64,000 bases of DNA from Clostridia bacterium (GTDB lineage Bacteria; Bacillota; Clostridia; TANB77; CAG-508). The notes beneath the pieces are model-generated. The model saw only the letters and a list, made by a program, of their open reading frames with translations, was not told where the DNA came from and did not search any database. A program made the translations under genes and the position numbers. Location: assembly GCA_017479865.1 (NCBI GenBank), contig JAFVBS010000027.1, positions 108 to 64,107 on the forward strand. The letters are read 5' to 3'. Shown in pieces: positions 29,398-40,197 of the stretch. Numbering within the stretch: the first letter of the stretch is position 1; each line of letters starts with the position of its first letter.

Positions 29398-30657
29398 ATG
29401 AGCAAAGTTTTGGGAATTATTGCAGAATATAACCCCTTCCACAATGGACATTTTTACCATATGCAACAGTCCATAGAACAAACGGGAGCAGAAGCTGTTG
29501 TTTGTGTTATTTCAGGAAACTTTGTGCAAAGGGGTAACACCTCCATTGTAGATAAATGGACCAAAACCAAAATGGCAATGGCAAATGGAGCAGACTTAGT
29601 CATAGAACTTCCTACTATTTATGCCACTTCTAGTGCAGAAAATTTTGCAGAAGGAGCAGTGAAATTATTAGACTCCTTAGGAATCGTCAATTTTCTTTCT
29701 TTTGGAATGGAAACAAAAGATATTGCAACTTTAAATAATATTGCCAATGTACTTTATCAGGAACCAAAAGAATATGTTACTATGTTAGAACATGAATTAA
29801 AAAGAGGCGTTTCTTTTCCAAAAGCGCGTGAAAGTGCTGTTATGCTATATTTGAATGACATTAAAAGGTATGCCAATGTACTATCTTGCCCCAATAATAT
29901 TTTAGGCATTGAATATTTAAAAGCAATGAAAAAACTAAAAAGTAGCTTAATTCCTATTGGCATTAAGCGTGAAAAAGTATTTTACAATGATCAGTTTATT
30001 GTAGATGATTTTGCCAGTGCTACTGCCATTCGAAAAATGATTTTAAGCAGACAATTTAATGATATCATGAAGGTCATGCCAAAGTCTTCATATCGCTTGC
30101 TAGCGAATGAATTGCAACAAGGACATTATGTCATTGATTTATCAAAATTTCAAAAAGAAATTTTATACCGTTTGCGCACAATGACGGTGGAAGAAATAGC
30201 AGAATTACCAGATGTTTCGGAAGGGTTAGAAAATGTCATTAAAAATGCAGCAAATTCATGTAATAATATTATTGATTTAGTGAATATCATTAAATCAAAA
30301 AGGTATACACAAACACGTATTCAAAGAATATTAATTTATGCACTTTTAGGGATTAATAAAAAAATGATGGAAATTTCAAAAAAAACAGTGCCATATGTAC
30401 GTGTGTTAGGTGCAAGTGAAAAGGGAAAAATATTACTTTCTGAAATGACAAGACAAAATCCCAAAATTAATGTCATTACTTCTCCAAAAAAGTTTTTAGA
30501 CACCAGTCGCAATAAAATATTAAAAGAAATGCTACAAACAGATATCTATGCTACTAATGTGTATACACTAGGATATGAAAACGACTCGTGGGCAAACTTA
30601 GACTATACTAACAAAATGATTACTGAAGGGAATAGCAAAGGAGCTAATAAACAATGA
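29398..30657 (+). CDS. tmcAL: tRNA(Met) cytidine acetate ligase (YlbM/UPF0348 family)
   Basis: GIIAEYNPFHNGHFYH N-terminus. RBS agaggagg. TGA stop overlaps the coaE ATG. Confidence 0.8.
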   Translation: MSKVLGIIAEYNPFHNGHFYHMQQSIEQTGAEAVVCVISGNFVQRGNTSIVDKWTKTKMAMANGADLVIELPTIYATSSAENFAEGAVKLLDSLGIVNFLSFGMETKDIATLNNIANVLYQEPKEYVTMLEHELKRGVSFPKARESAVMLYLNDIKRYANVLSCPNNILGIEYLKAMKKLKSSLIPIGIKREKVFYNDQFIVDDFASATAIRKMILSRQFNDIMKVMPKSSYRLLANELQQGHYVIDLSKFQKEILYRLRTMTVEEIAELPDVSEGLENVIKNAANSCNNIIDLVNIIKSKRYTQTRIQRILIYALLGINKKMMEISKKTVPYVRVLGASEKGKILLSEMTRQNPKINVITSPKKFLDTSRNKILKEMLQTDIYATNVYTLGYENDSWANLDYTNKMITEGNSKGANKQ

Positions 30658-31238
30658 TATTAGGAATTACAGGCAGTTCAGGAGCGGGAAAAAGTACCGC
30701 TTGCGAAATTTTAGAAGAGCGCTATCATGCTAAAATTATTAATGCAGATCAAATTGCAAGAAAGCTTTCTCAGCAGGGAACAGCATATTATGAAAAAATT
30801 GTACAAACCTTTGGACGAGATATTTTATTAAGAAATGGTGAGTTAGATAGAAAAAAATTAGCAGAAATTATTTATCAAGATGGTAAGAAAAGAAACCTAT
30901 TAAACCAATGTACTTTTCAATACATCAAGGCTGAAATAGAATTACAAATTCAAGCCACAAAGGAAGAACTCATTGCTATTGATGCACCACTTTTGCTTGA
31001 AGCGGAGTTGGAAAGAATTTGCAATTATACCATTGCGGTAATTGCTAACAATAAGGAAATACAATTACAAAGAATGATGGAAAGAGACAAAATTAATAAA
31101 AATCATGCCATAGCGAGACTTACTGCTCAACATGAAAATGAGTACTATATAGCGAAGTGTGACTATTGCATTTGGAATGATAATGATTTAAAAGATTTAG
31201 AGGAGCAATTGAAAAAAATAATGGTAGCAATTTCTTAA
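30654..31238 (+). CDS. coaE: dephospho-CoA kinase
   Basis: 194 aa. ILGITGSSGAGKST P-loop, IDAPLL. Confidence 0.9.
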   Translation: MILGITGSSGAGKSTACEILEERYHAKIINADQIARKLSQQGTAYYEKIVQTFGRDILLRNGELDRKKLAEIIYQDGKKRNLLNQCTFQYIKAEIELQIQATKEELIAIDAPLLLEAELERICNYTIAVIANNKEIQLQRMMERDKINKNHAIARLTAQHENEYYIAKCDYCIWNDNDLKDLEEQLKKIMVAIS

Positions 31239-31330
31239 TAAATTCTTAAATTGTCACAAAATGCTTTCCATTTTTTGCATTCTATTATATAATATAAGTG
31301 TTAAATTTTATCCAAGGAGGAATTTCCGAA

Positions 31331-34072
31331 ATGGGAGAAAATAAAAGAAGAAGAACAAATCAAAAAACACAACAATATCAAATTAAAAAAAGTAAAAAAA
31401 GTGAAAATAAGCAGAAAAAAGGAAAGAAAAAGCATCCAAAACTTAAAAAAGTCATTTTAATCATTTTTGCTATTTTAATACTTCTTGTTTTGACTGCAAT
31501 AGGAGCGGTTGCAGGTATTTTCTTCAGTGATAAATGGAAAATAGAAAAAGGCGATTTAATGATTACAGAGCAAAATTCAAGTGTATACGATGCAGAAAAC
31601 AACTATTTAGGACAATTAATTGGAAATGAAAATCGTATTATCATTCCATTGAGCGAGATGGGAGAATATATTCCAAAAGCATTTGTAGCAATTGAAGATG
31701 AAAGGTTTGATGAACATTCTGGAATTGACTTTAAAAGAACACTTGGTGCTACAGTACAATATATTTTACACAGAGGAAGTTCTTCTTATGGAGGAAGCAC
31801 CATTACCCAACAATTAGTAAAAAACATGATGAAAGATAAAGATGATGAAGGATTTGCAGGAGCAGAAAGAAAAATTCGTGAAATGTCAAGAGCATATCAA
31901 ATTGAACAAATGCTTTCCAAAAATCAAATTTTAGAGCTTTACTTAAATGAAATTTTTATGGGTGGAAGCAACATTCATGGCGTAGAAAGTGCTTCACAAT
32001 ACTATTTCGCAAAATCAGCTAAAGAACTTAGCTTAGCACAATCTGCCTTTTTAGCAGGAATTAATGATGGACCAAACCTATATAATCCTTATGGTGAAGA
32101 TAGCCATAAAGAATTGATTACCAGAAGAACAAAAACAGTATTAGGAAAAATGAAAGAATTAGGAAAGATTAACGAAGAAGAATATAATGGAGCTGTTGAA
32201 GAAGTAGAAAAAGGCTTCGAATTCAAGAGAGGAGAAACTTCTCAAGCATCAAATTTATCATTTTTGGCAATAGAAGCAATCTCTGAAGCGGCGGCGGATT
32301 TAGCAGAATTAAAAGATGTTGATTTTGAAACTGCAAAAATGATGCTAAAATCAGGAGGATATAAGCTATATACTACCTTACAACCAGATGTGCAAAAAGC
32401 AGTGGATAAAGAGTTTGATAAAACTAGTTATGTGACAACCAAAACAGAAACTGTCAAAGATAAGGAAGGAAATAGTAAGAAGGTTACTTATACAGCACAA
32501 GCAAGTATGACCATTATGAATTATCGAACAGGAGAAGTAGTGGCAATGGCGGGAAGTCTTGGTAAGGAACAAAACAACAATAGCTGGAACCTTGCTACTC
32601 GAAATAGCAGGCAGCCAGGTTCTTCCATTAAACCACTTGCTAATATTGCCCCAGGGTTACAAGAAAAAGTCATTACAGCAGCAACGGTTTATGATGATAC
32701 CAGAACCACCTTTGGAAAAGACTTTTCTCCAAAAAACTCAACAGGGTACAAGGGACTGTGCACCGTGCGAAAGGCAATTGAAGCATCTTCAAATGTTGTT
32801 AATGTTAAAATATTATATAATGTAGGGTTTAATACAGCTGTCAAATACCTCAATAATTTTGGATTAACAGGATATGGCGAAGCCGATAAAATACCATCTT
32901 TAGGAATTGGAGGAACCTCAGGGGGAACAAATACTTACCAAATGGCAGCAGCGTATGGCGCTATTGCTAACAAAGGAGAATACATTGAGCCAACCTGTTA
33001 CAAACGATTAGAAGATAGTAATGGCAAAACGATTGTAGAGCCAAAACAAGAAAAGAGAAGAATTCTTTCAGAAGAAAATGCATATATTTTGTCAGATATT
33101 TTAACAGGTCCAGTAAAAGGATCTGATGGAACAGCGAGAATATGTGCAATTTCCGGAATGGATGTAGCAGCAAAAACTGGTACAACAGATGCTGCAGGTG
33201 ATAAATGGCTTTGTGGATTTACTCCATATTATTCTGCTTCTGTTTGGTATGGCTATAGAGAACAAGTAATTCCTGTTAGCTATCCAAATGCAGCAAAACA
33301 ACTATGGAAAGCAGTTATGACAGAAGTTCATAAGGGGTTAAAAAATGCTACTTTTGAAAAACCAAGTAATATTGTAAGTGCCACCATTTGTAAAACTTCT
33401 GGAAAATTAGCAACTAGTGCATGTAAAAGTACTTATACAGAATATTTTGTAAAAGGTACAGTACCAGACAAATGCGATGGTCATGTTATAGTGAAATTGT
33501 GTAAAGCATCAGGAAAAGTGGCAACAACATTTTGCCCAGAGGTAGAGGAAAAAGTATATACAGCAAAACCAGAAAAGGAGAACAATGCAGCTTGGAAAAC
33601 AAATGGTAGTGATAAATACAATATTCCAAAAGAAACCTGTCCTCTCCATACTGCTGAAACTAGTAAAATAGCGGTTGTAAATGTAGTAGGAAAAACAGAA
33701 GAGGAGGCAAAAACTGCTTTGGCGGGACTTAATATTCAAGTAATTTATGAACATAACGCAGCAATTGCCAATGGAAAAGTTATTAGACAAAGCTTAGCGC
33801 CAGATACAAAAGTGGATAAAGGGGTAACAATTGTAATTACCGTTAACAAGCTATCAGGAACTTCGGAAACGCCAGGAGGAAATACACAAACTCCATCAAC
33901 CAAACCAACAACACCAACTACGCCAGAAACTCCAACAACTCCATCGACACCAAATGCTAATACACAAACACCTACAGTGCCGGAAAAACCAAATAATACA
34001 TCAACTACTGGAAATAATCAAACTCCAGGAGAAACAACATCAACAAACACAACCCAAACAACTAATCCTTAA
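31331..34072 (+). CDS. class A penicillin-binding protein (PBP1A family) with C-terminal PASTA domain and Thr/Pro-rich tail
   Basis: GT51 motifs (EDERFDEHSGID, GGSTITQQ), transpeptidase SSIKP, SxN and KTGT, then a PASTA-like segment and a TP-rich tail. Start is at ATG 31331, after aaggagg. Confidence 0.9.
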   Translation: MGENKRRRTNQKTQQYQIKKSKKSENKQKKGKKKHPKLKKVILIIFAILILLVLTAIGAVAGIFFSDKWKIEKGDLMITEQNSSVYDAENNYLGQLIGNENRIIIPLSEMGEYIPKAFVAIEDERFDEHSGIDFKRTLGATVQYILHRGSSSYGGSTITQQLVKNMMKDKDDEGFAGAERKIREMSRAYQIEQMLSKNQILELYLNEIFMGGSNIHGVESASQYYFAKSAKELSLAQSAFLAGINDGPNLYNPYGEDSHKELITRRTKTVLGKMKELGKINEEEYNGAVEEVEKGFEFKRGETSQASNLSFLAIEAISEAAADLAELKDVDFETAKMMLKSGGYKLYTTLQPDVQKAVDKEFDKTSYVTTKTETVKDKEGNSKKVTYTAQASMTIMNYRTGEVVAMAGSLGKEQNNNSWNLATRNSRQPGSSIKPLANIAPGLQEKVITAATVYDDTRTTFGKDFSPKNSTGYKGLCTVRKAIEASSNVVNVKILYNVGFNTAVKYLNNFGLTGYGEADKIPSLGIGGTSGGTNTYQMAAAYGAIANKGEYIEPTCYKRLEDSNGKTIVEPKQEKRRILSEENAYILSDILTGPVKGSDGTARICAISGMDVAAKTGTTDAAGDKWLCGFTPYYSASVWYGYREQVIPVSYPNAAKQLWKAVMTEVHKGLKNATFEKPSNIVSATICKTSGKLATSACKSTYTEYFVKGTVPDKCDGHVIVKLCKASGKVATTFCPEVEEKVYTAKPEKENNAAWKTNGSDKYNIPKETCPLHTAETSKIAVVNVVGKTEEEAKTALAGLNIQVIYEHNAAIANGKVIRQSLAPDTKVDKGVTIVITVNKLSGTSETPGGNTQTPSTKPTTPTTPETPTTPSTPNANTQTPTVPEKPNNTSTTGNNQTPGETTSTNTTQTTNP

Positions 34073-34121
34073 AACACAGAGATAAGAAAAGCATAAAAAT
34101 TCCAAAAAGGAGGAAGAAAAT

Positions 34122-35522
34122 TTGCAACTAAAATTGTATAATACTCTCACTAGAGAAAAAGAAGAATTTAAGCCATTAGAAGGAAATGAGGTCCGCATGT
34201 ATTCTTGCGGGCCAACCGTGTATAGTTATGCCCATATCGGCAATTTTATAGCATATATTTTTATGGATACACTAAGAAGGGTGTTACAATACAATGGCTA
34301 CACCTTAAACCATGTGATGAATATTACAGATGTAGGACATTTAGAGTCAGATGCTGATGAAGGCGAAGACAAAATGGAAAAGGCAGCGAAAAAGGAAAAT
34401 AAAAATCCTTATGAAATTGCACAATTTTACACAGATGTGTTTTTTAGAGATATGCAAAAACTCCATATTCAAAAGCCAGAAACCATTGCCAAAGCAACAG
34501 AACATATTCCAGAAATGCTAGAGTTTGTCCAAGAACTTGTAAAAAATGGATATGCCTATGAAACAAGCAAAGGAATTTATTTTGACATTTCAAAACTTGA
34601 CAAATATCCTATTTTATCGAATCGAAAACTCGACGAACAAATTGCAGGGGCAAGGGTAGATGTTGACAAAGAAAAGAAAAACCCTTATGATTTTGCATTA
34701 TGGATTAAAGCTCCAGAAAACCATATTATGAAATGGGAAAGCCCATGGGGATTATCGTATCCAGGTTGGCATATTGAATGTTCAGCTATGGGCAGAAAAT
34801 ACCTAGGTGACCAATTTGACATTCACACTGGTGGTGTTGACCATATTCCAACACACCATGAAAATGAAATTGCACAAAGCAAAGGACTTACTGGAAGAAT
34901 TCCTGCAAAAACTTGGATGCATGTAGAGTTTTTACAAGTAGATGGCGGTAAAATGTCAAAGTCTTTAGGCAATACCTACACGCTTGATACCTTACAAGAA
35001 AAGGGAATTGAACCTTTGGCCTATAAACTATTTTGCTTTACGGCACATTATCGAACAAAATTGAATTTTACATTTGAAACAGCATTATCTTCACAAACAG
35101 CACTTAATCGATTAAGAGAAGGCTTTTTAAAACATTTAGAAGGTACCGAAACAATTGAAAATGAAAAAATACAAGAATACGAAACCAAATTTTTGGAAAC
35201 AATAGATGATGACTTAAATATGCCACTTGCCATGGGATTAGTATGGGAAATTGTTCGCAATGAGAAAAAATCAAAACAATTGGCAGAATTACTATTAAAA
35301 TTTGACCAGGTATTGGGATTAGACTTAGCAAATGCAAAACAATATTTAGAAAGCCAACAACACATTGAAGTGCCACAAGAAATAGAAGAACTATTAGCAA
35401 AACGTAAGCAAGCAAGAGAAAATAAAGATTGGACATTATCAGACCAATTAAGAGATGAATTGAAGCAAAAAGGATATCTTGTGAAAGATACCAAAGAAGG
35501 TATGACAATCGAAAAAATATAA
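34122..35522 (+). CDS. cysS: cysteinyl-tRNA synthetase
   Basis: 466 aa. HIGN (HIGH) and KMSKS motifs, WHIECS Zn site. TTG start after aaaggagg. Confidence 0.95.
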   Translation: MQLKLYNTLTREKEEFKPLEGNEVRMYSCGPTVYSYAHIGNFIAYIFMDTLRRVLQYNGYTLNHVMNITDVGHLESDADEGEDKMEKAAKKENKNPYEIAQFYTDVFFRDMQKLHIQKPETIAKATEHIPEMLEFVQELVKNGYAYETSKGIYFDISKLDKYPILSNRKLDEQIAGARVDVDKEKKNPYDFALWIKAPENHIMKWESPWGLSYPGWHIECSAMGRKYLGDQFDIHTGGVDHIPTHHENEIAQSKGLTGRIPAKTWMHVEFLQVDGGKMSKSLGNTYTLDTLQEKGIEPLAYKLFCFTAHYRTKLNFTFETALSSQTALNRLREGFLKHLEGTETIENEKIQEYETKFLETIDDDLNMPLAMGLVWEIVRNEKKSKQLAELLLKFDQVLGLDLANAKQYLESQQHIEVPQEIEELLAKRKQARENKDWTLSDQLRDELKQKGYLVKDTKEGMTIEKI

Positions 35523-35538
35523 GGAAGGCAGGAAAAAA

Positions 35539-36615
35539 GTGGAGGAGAGTAAGTTATCATTTTGGAAAAAAATAAAAATTAGTATTTTTAAATTTGAAGA
35601 GTATCAACAATTGGCAGCACAAAAAGTAGGAAAAACGATTGAATATTTGTTAAAATTAATGCTTATCTTTAGCTTGATTGCAAGTATTGCCGTGACATTT
35701 CAGTTCATGACACAACTGGTGAAAATAACGCATTACTTCGATGAAGCTATTTCCTCTCTCCATTTTGAAAATGAACAGCTTACCGTAAATGCAAAAGAAA
35801 ATGCAGAAGAGCCAATTATCTTTGAAGATACGGACAAGTTGAATACTAAAATTTTAATTGATACAAGAAAAATCGAACAAAGTGAAATTGAAGAGTATAC
35901 CAAAAGTATGGATGGATATACCGTTGGCGTGGTTGTTTTGAAAGATAAAATTATTCTCAAAAGCAACCGAATGGCTATGACAAGCCAAATGCCATATTCA
36001 ACAATTGTAGAGCAATATAATATTAATCACCTAGAAAAACAAGATATTTTTGACTTTTTATCTGGTAGACAATTGTTTACCATTGGAGCGGTATTTTTTA
36101 TTGTAATGATGATATACTTATTTGTTATTTACTTTTCTACTGTACTATTAGATGCCATTCTTTACTCTATTTTAGGCTATATAGAAGGAATAATATCACG
36201 AATAAGATTAAGGTATGGCGCAGTATATAACATTGCAATTCATGCTATGACTTTACCAATTATCTTGAACCTCATTTATTTTGTTGTAAATGTGCTAACA
36301 GGCTTTACCATTCAGTATTTTCAAATCATGTACACTGCCATTACCTGCATTTACATTATTACTGCCATTTTAATGATTAAATCAGATGTTATTAAAAGGC
36401 AAATGGAGCTCTCAAAAATTATTGAGGAGCAAGAAAGAATCAAACAAGAAATGGCAAGAAAAGAGCAAGAAGAAAAAGAGGAACAAGAGAGGGAAAGACT
36501 TCGCAAAGAAGATGAAAAGAAGAGGCAGGAGGAGAAAAAGAGGGAAAGAAAACAAAATGGAGGACAAAATGACACACCTCAACCAGAAGCCAATTTTAAG
36601 CCAAGCAAACCATAA
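35539..36615 (+). CDS. DUF1189-like polytopic membrane protein with Glu/Lys/Arg-rich C-terminal tail
   Basis: 358 aa. GTG start after aggcagg. Several TM helices. The tail is QEEKEEQERERLRKEDEKKRQEEKKRERK. Confidence 0.55.
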   Translation: MEESKLSFWKKIKISIFKFEEYQQLAAQKVGKTIEYLLKLMLIFSLIASIAVTFQFMTQLVKITHYFDEAISSLHFENEQLTVNAKENAEEPIIFEDTDKLNTKILIDTRKIEQSEIEEYTKSMDGYTVGVVVLKDKIILKSNRMAMTSQMPYSTIVEQYNINHLEKQDIFDFLSGRQLFTIGAVFFIVMMIYLFVIYFSTVLLDAILYSILGYIEGIISRIRLRYGAVYNIAIHAMTLPIILNLIYFVVNVLTGFTIQYFQIMYTAITCIYIITAILMIKSDVIKRQMELSKIIEEQERIKQEMARKEQEEKEEQERERLRKEDEKKRQEEKKRERKQNGGQNDTPQPEANFKPSKP

Positions 36616-36663
36616 GTTTGTAATATGTCATCTTCAGGTAACAAGAAAGGAATAGATTAAAAT

Positions 36664-38463
36664 ATGAATGAACAAAATAGAGAGCCAAAAGAAAAACAAA
36701 ACAAAAAAATGCTTTATGGCATACTCGCTATGATACTGTTAATATTTGCTATTGTGATTACTGCAGTATTCATCAATAGCAATCAAACAAAAAAGAATAA
36801 TGAAATAGCTTATACTGATTTAATTAAACAAATTGAGGAAGGATTAGTTGAAAAAATTGAAATGACAGTTGGAAGTACGGCTGTTAAAGTAAAGCTGAAA
36901 GACGTGGAAGAAGAAAAAGCAGGAATTGTTCCTAACACGCAAGCATTTATTGAGCTAATTCAACAAAAAACGTTAGAGGGAAATAATATTGAATTAATTC
37001 AAAAAAAGCAAAATATTGCTTTGACCATTTTTCAAAATTTATTCGGATTAATTCCAACCATAATGATGGTAGTGCTTTTTGTACTTATCTATAGAATGCA
37101 AGGTTTAGGAGATAAGGGAAAAGTTTATGATGCAGAAACGAGCAAATCAAAAATTAAATTTGATGATGTAGCAGGTCTAGATGAAGAAAAACAAGAAATG
37201 CTAGAAATTGTAGATTTTCTAAAGGAACCAAAAAAGTTTACAGAAATGGGAGCAAAAGTGCCAAGAGGAGTTCTACTTTGTGGAAATCCGGGAACAGGTA
37301 AAACGTTAATTGCCAAGGCGATTGCCGGAGAAGCAAATGTGCCATTTATTTCGATGAGTGGTTCAGAGTTTATTGAAATGTTTGCAGGCCTTGGAGCATC
37401 AAGAGTAAGAAGATTATTTGAAAAGGCTAAAAAAATAGCCCCTTGCATTATATTCATTGATGAAATTGATGCCATTGGATCTAGAAGAACAAGTGGTAGC
37501 GGTGCAGAAACAGAAAACAATCAAACTTTAAATCAGTTATTAGTTGAAATGGATGGATTTGATACAGAAGAAACCATTATTGTTTTGGCCGCAACAAACA
37601 GACCAGAAATGCTTGACAAAGCTCTTTTAAGACCGGGAAGATTTGATAGGCAAATTAACATTGCACTTCCTGACATGCATGGCAGAGAAGAAATTTTAAA
37701 AATTCATGCCAAAGGCAAAAAGTTTGCAGAAGACGTGAATTTAAACGATATTGCAGGAGATACAGCAGGGTTTACAGGGGCAGAATTGGCCAATATTTTA
37801 AATGAAGCAGCTATTATTGCAACCATTGAAAAACATGAGGCAATTACCCATGATGACATTGAAAAAGCAGTAAAAAAAGTCACTGTAGGACTAGAAAGAC
37901 AAAGCAGGGTAGTTCCAGAAAGGGATAAAAAATTAACGGCTTATCATGAAGCGGGACATGCTATTGTTAGTAGCCAGTTAGAAACACAAAAAGATATCAA
38001 AGAGGTATCCATCATTCCGAGGGGAATTGCTGGTGGATATACAATGTATAAAACTAACGAAGATAAATACTATATTTCCAAGACAGAAATGGAAGAAAAG
38101 TTGATTGCCCTTTTAGGTGGAAGAGCCGCCGAAAAAATTGTATTAAATGATATTTCAACAGGAGCAAGTAATGATCTTGAGGTGGCAACACAAATCGCTA
38201 AGGACATGATTATCAAATATGGCATGAGCGATAACATTGGACCAATTTCAATTAATACAGATAAGGACCCTTATGAATTACAACTATTAGGAGAAAAATT
38301 TGGAGATGCCATTGGTGCTGAAGTAAAAATCATGCTTGAAAATAGCTATTTGCAAGCACAAACAATTTTGGCTAATAACATGAATCAGCTAAATAAAGTG
38401 GCACAAACATTAATGCAAAAAGAAGTGATTTCTGCAGAAGAATTTCAAGAGCTAATTAGATAG
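36664..38463 (+). CDS. ftsH: ATP-dependent zinc metalloprotease FtsH
   Basis: Walker A GNPGTGKT, Walker B IIFIDEID, SRH region, and Zn site HEAGHA. Confidence 0.95.
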   Translation: MNEQNREPKEKQNKKMLYGILAMILLIFAIVITAVFINSNQTKKNNEIAYTDLIKQIEEGLVEKIEMTVGSTAVKVKLKDVEEEKAGIVPNTQAFIELIQQKTLEGNNIELIQKKQNIALTIFQNLFGLIPTIMMVVLFVLIYRMQGLGDKGKVYDAETSKSKIKFDDVAGLDEEKQEMLEIVDFLKEPKKFTEMGAKVPRGVLLCGNPGTGKTLIAKAIAGEANVPFISMSGSEFIEMFAGLGASRVRRLFEKAKKIAPCIIFIDEIDAIGSRRTSGSGAETENNQTLNQLLVEMDGFDTEETIIVLAATNRPEMLDKALLRPGRFDRQINIALPDMHGREEILKIHAKGKKFAEDVNLNDIAGDTAGFTGAELANILNEAAIIATIEKHEAITHDDIEKAVKKVTVGLERQSRVVPERDKKLTAYHEAGHAIVSSQLETQKDIKEVSIIPRGIAGGYTMYKTNEDKYYISKTEMEEKLIALLGGRAAEKIVLNDISTGASNDLEVATQIAKDMIIKYGMSDNIGPISINTDKDPYELQLLGEKFGDAIGAEVKIMLENSYLQAQTILANNMNQLNKVAQTLMQKEVISAEEFQELIR

Positions 38464-38491
38464 TGCATTTATGCTTTTTACTACTTAAAAT

Positions 38492-38590
38492 AGTCAAGAA
38501 TATCTATGATTGATTGAATGACGAATGCGAATGAAGCAACGCACGCTTCACCGAGCCGAGGAATGAAAGAAATCATAGATATTCTCGACT
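38492..38590. repeat. 20-bp inverted repeat enclosing a G+C-enriched core; candidate structured RNA between ftsH and pyk
   Basis: agtcaagaatatctatgatt (38492-38511) pairs with aatcatagatattctcgact (38571-38590) at 19 of 20 positions. Inner hairpin is tgaagc-aacgcac-gcttca. Confidence 0.7.
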
Positions 38591-38623
38591 TAAAGAAGAA
38601 TTAATTAAAAATGGAGGAAGAAA

Positions 38624-40057
38624 ATGAAGAAAACAAAAATTATATGTACATTAGGTCCAGCAGTAGATGACCCACAAGTATTAGAAAAGTTAATTTTAGC
38701 AGGAATGGATGTAGCAAGAATTAATTTTTCGCATGGAAATTATCAAGACCAAGCACCTAGAATTGAAAACTTTAAAAAAGTAAGAGAAAAGGTAGGAAGG
38801 CCGGTTGCACTTTTGCTAGACACCAAAGGACCAGAAATTAGAATTGGAAAATTTGCGTCAGGGGAAGCATTTTTGAAACCTGGTGAAATATTTACATTGT
38901 GCAATGAAGATATTTTAGGAGATGACACAAGGGTGTCAGTGACCTATAAAAATTTATATAACGAGGTAACACCTGGAACAGTCATTCTAATTAATGATGG
39001 GTTAATTAAAGTGATTGTCAAAACAATTCAGGAAAAAGATGTTGTCTGTGAAGTAGTAGATGGAGGAAAATTAACAAATACAAAAAGTATTAACATTCCA
39101 GGTTCCTCTATTAACCTACCAAGTCCAACAGAAAAGGATATTGAAGATATTACATTTGGTATTGAAGCGGGGTTTGACTACATTGCGGCTTCTTTTGTGA
39201 GAACCCCAGAAGATGTGTACAATATTAGAAAAATATTAACCGAAAATCATGGAGAACACATTAAAATTATTGCTAAAATTGAGAACAGACAAGGAATTGA
39301 TAATTTTGACGCTATTTTAGAGGCATCTGATGGCATTATGGTAGCAAGAGGTGACTTGGGAGTAGAAATTCCAATGGAGGAGGTTCCTATTCGTCAAAAA
39401 GAATTCATTAGTAAATGTGCTAGAACGGGAAAGCCGGTAGTTATTGCAACCCAAATGCTAGAATCGATGATAAACAGTCCAAGACCAACAAGAGCAGAAG
39501 TAAGCGATGTAGCAAATGCTGTTTACGACATGACAAGTTGTATTATGCTATCAGGAGAATCTGCGATGGGAAAATATCCCGTAGAATGTGTGGAAACAAT
39601 GGTAAAAATTTGCCAAGCCATCGAAGGATCTATTAAGTATTGGAAAAGATTTCAGAAAAAAGAACGTAACTGTGACAATGCAGATTATGAATATAACTTA
39701 AATTATTCTACCTGCTCAACAGCAATGGACTTAAGTGCAACAGCAATTTTTGCCTATACTGATACAGGAAGAACAGCAAAAATGATAGCAGGCTTTATGC
39801 CACAATGCCCAATTTATGTAATTACTTCTAACAAAGAAGTTTATAAACAGCTCTCTTTGGTATGGAATACATATTCAATTTTAGTAGAACCACAAGAAAG
39901 TATTGATGACATGATTAATGATGGAATCAAAAAGGCGAAAGCAAATGGATATATTCAAGAAGGAGATATCGTTGTTATTGCAGGAGGAGCTTCTATTTTA
40001 GCCGGACACAAACATGCTAAGCTCAACAAAACTATTGGTGGAGTACTAAAGGTTTAA
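38624..40057 (+). CDS. pyk: pyruvate kinase
   Basis: 477 aa. Motifs KIICTLGP, NFSHG, MVARGDLGVEIP and TQMLESM. Confidence 0.95.
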   Translation: MKKTKIICTLGPAVDDPQVLEKLILAGMDVARINFSHGNYQDQAPRIENFKKVREKVGRPVALLLDTKGPEIRIGKFASGEAFLKPGEIFTLCNEDILGDDTRVSVTYKNLYNEVTPGTVILINDGLIKVIVKTIQEKDVVCEVVDGGKLTNTKSINIPGSSINLPSPTEKDIEDITFGIEAGFDYIAASFVRTPEDVYNIRKILTENHGEHIKIIAKIENRQGIDNFDAILEASDGIMVARGDLGVEIPMEEVPIRQKEFISKCARTGKPVVIATQMLESMINSPRPTRAEVSDVANAVYDMTSCIMLSGESAMGKYPVECVETMVKICQAIEGSIKYWKRFQKKERNCDNADYEYNLNYSTCSTAMDLSATAIFAYTDTGRTAKMIAGFMPQCPIYVITSNKEVYKQLSLVWNTYSILVEPQESIDDMINDGIKKAKANGYIQEGDIVVIAGGASILAGHKHAKLNKTIGGVLKV

Positions 40058-40101
40058 TCATAAAACCATAGTTTTATAAAATAATTTATTTTGATAAAAA
40101 C

Positions 40102-40137
40102 GACTATTGTCACTTGCAGGGCAATAGCCTTTTTTTG
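40102..40137 (+). terminator. rho-independent terminator after pyk
   Basis: gactattgtc pairs with gggcaatagcc (8 bp core), followed by tttttttg. Confidence 0.65.
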
Positions 40138-40197
40138 CACAATTTTTCTTTTCATGTCATAAAATGTAGTATCAACAAAATAAGGAGGAAAAGAAAC

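Noticed and set aside
33850-34060. Repetitive Thr/Pro-coding DNA at the PBP 3' end (and the (aatact)n run at 18352-18393) as a CRISPR- or VNTR-type array
   Set aside because: Both lie in frame inside well-supported genes and encode low-complexity linkers. There is no repeat-spacer organisation.
34073-34121. Possible T-box or other leader upstream of cysS
   Set aside because: Only 49 nt separate the PBP stop from the cysS start, which is too short for a T-box. No conserved T-box sequence is present.
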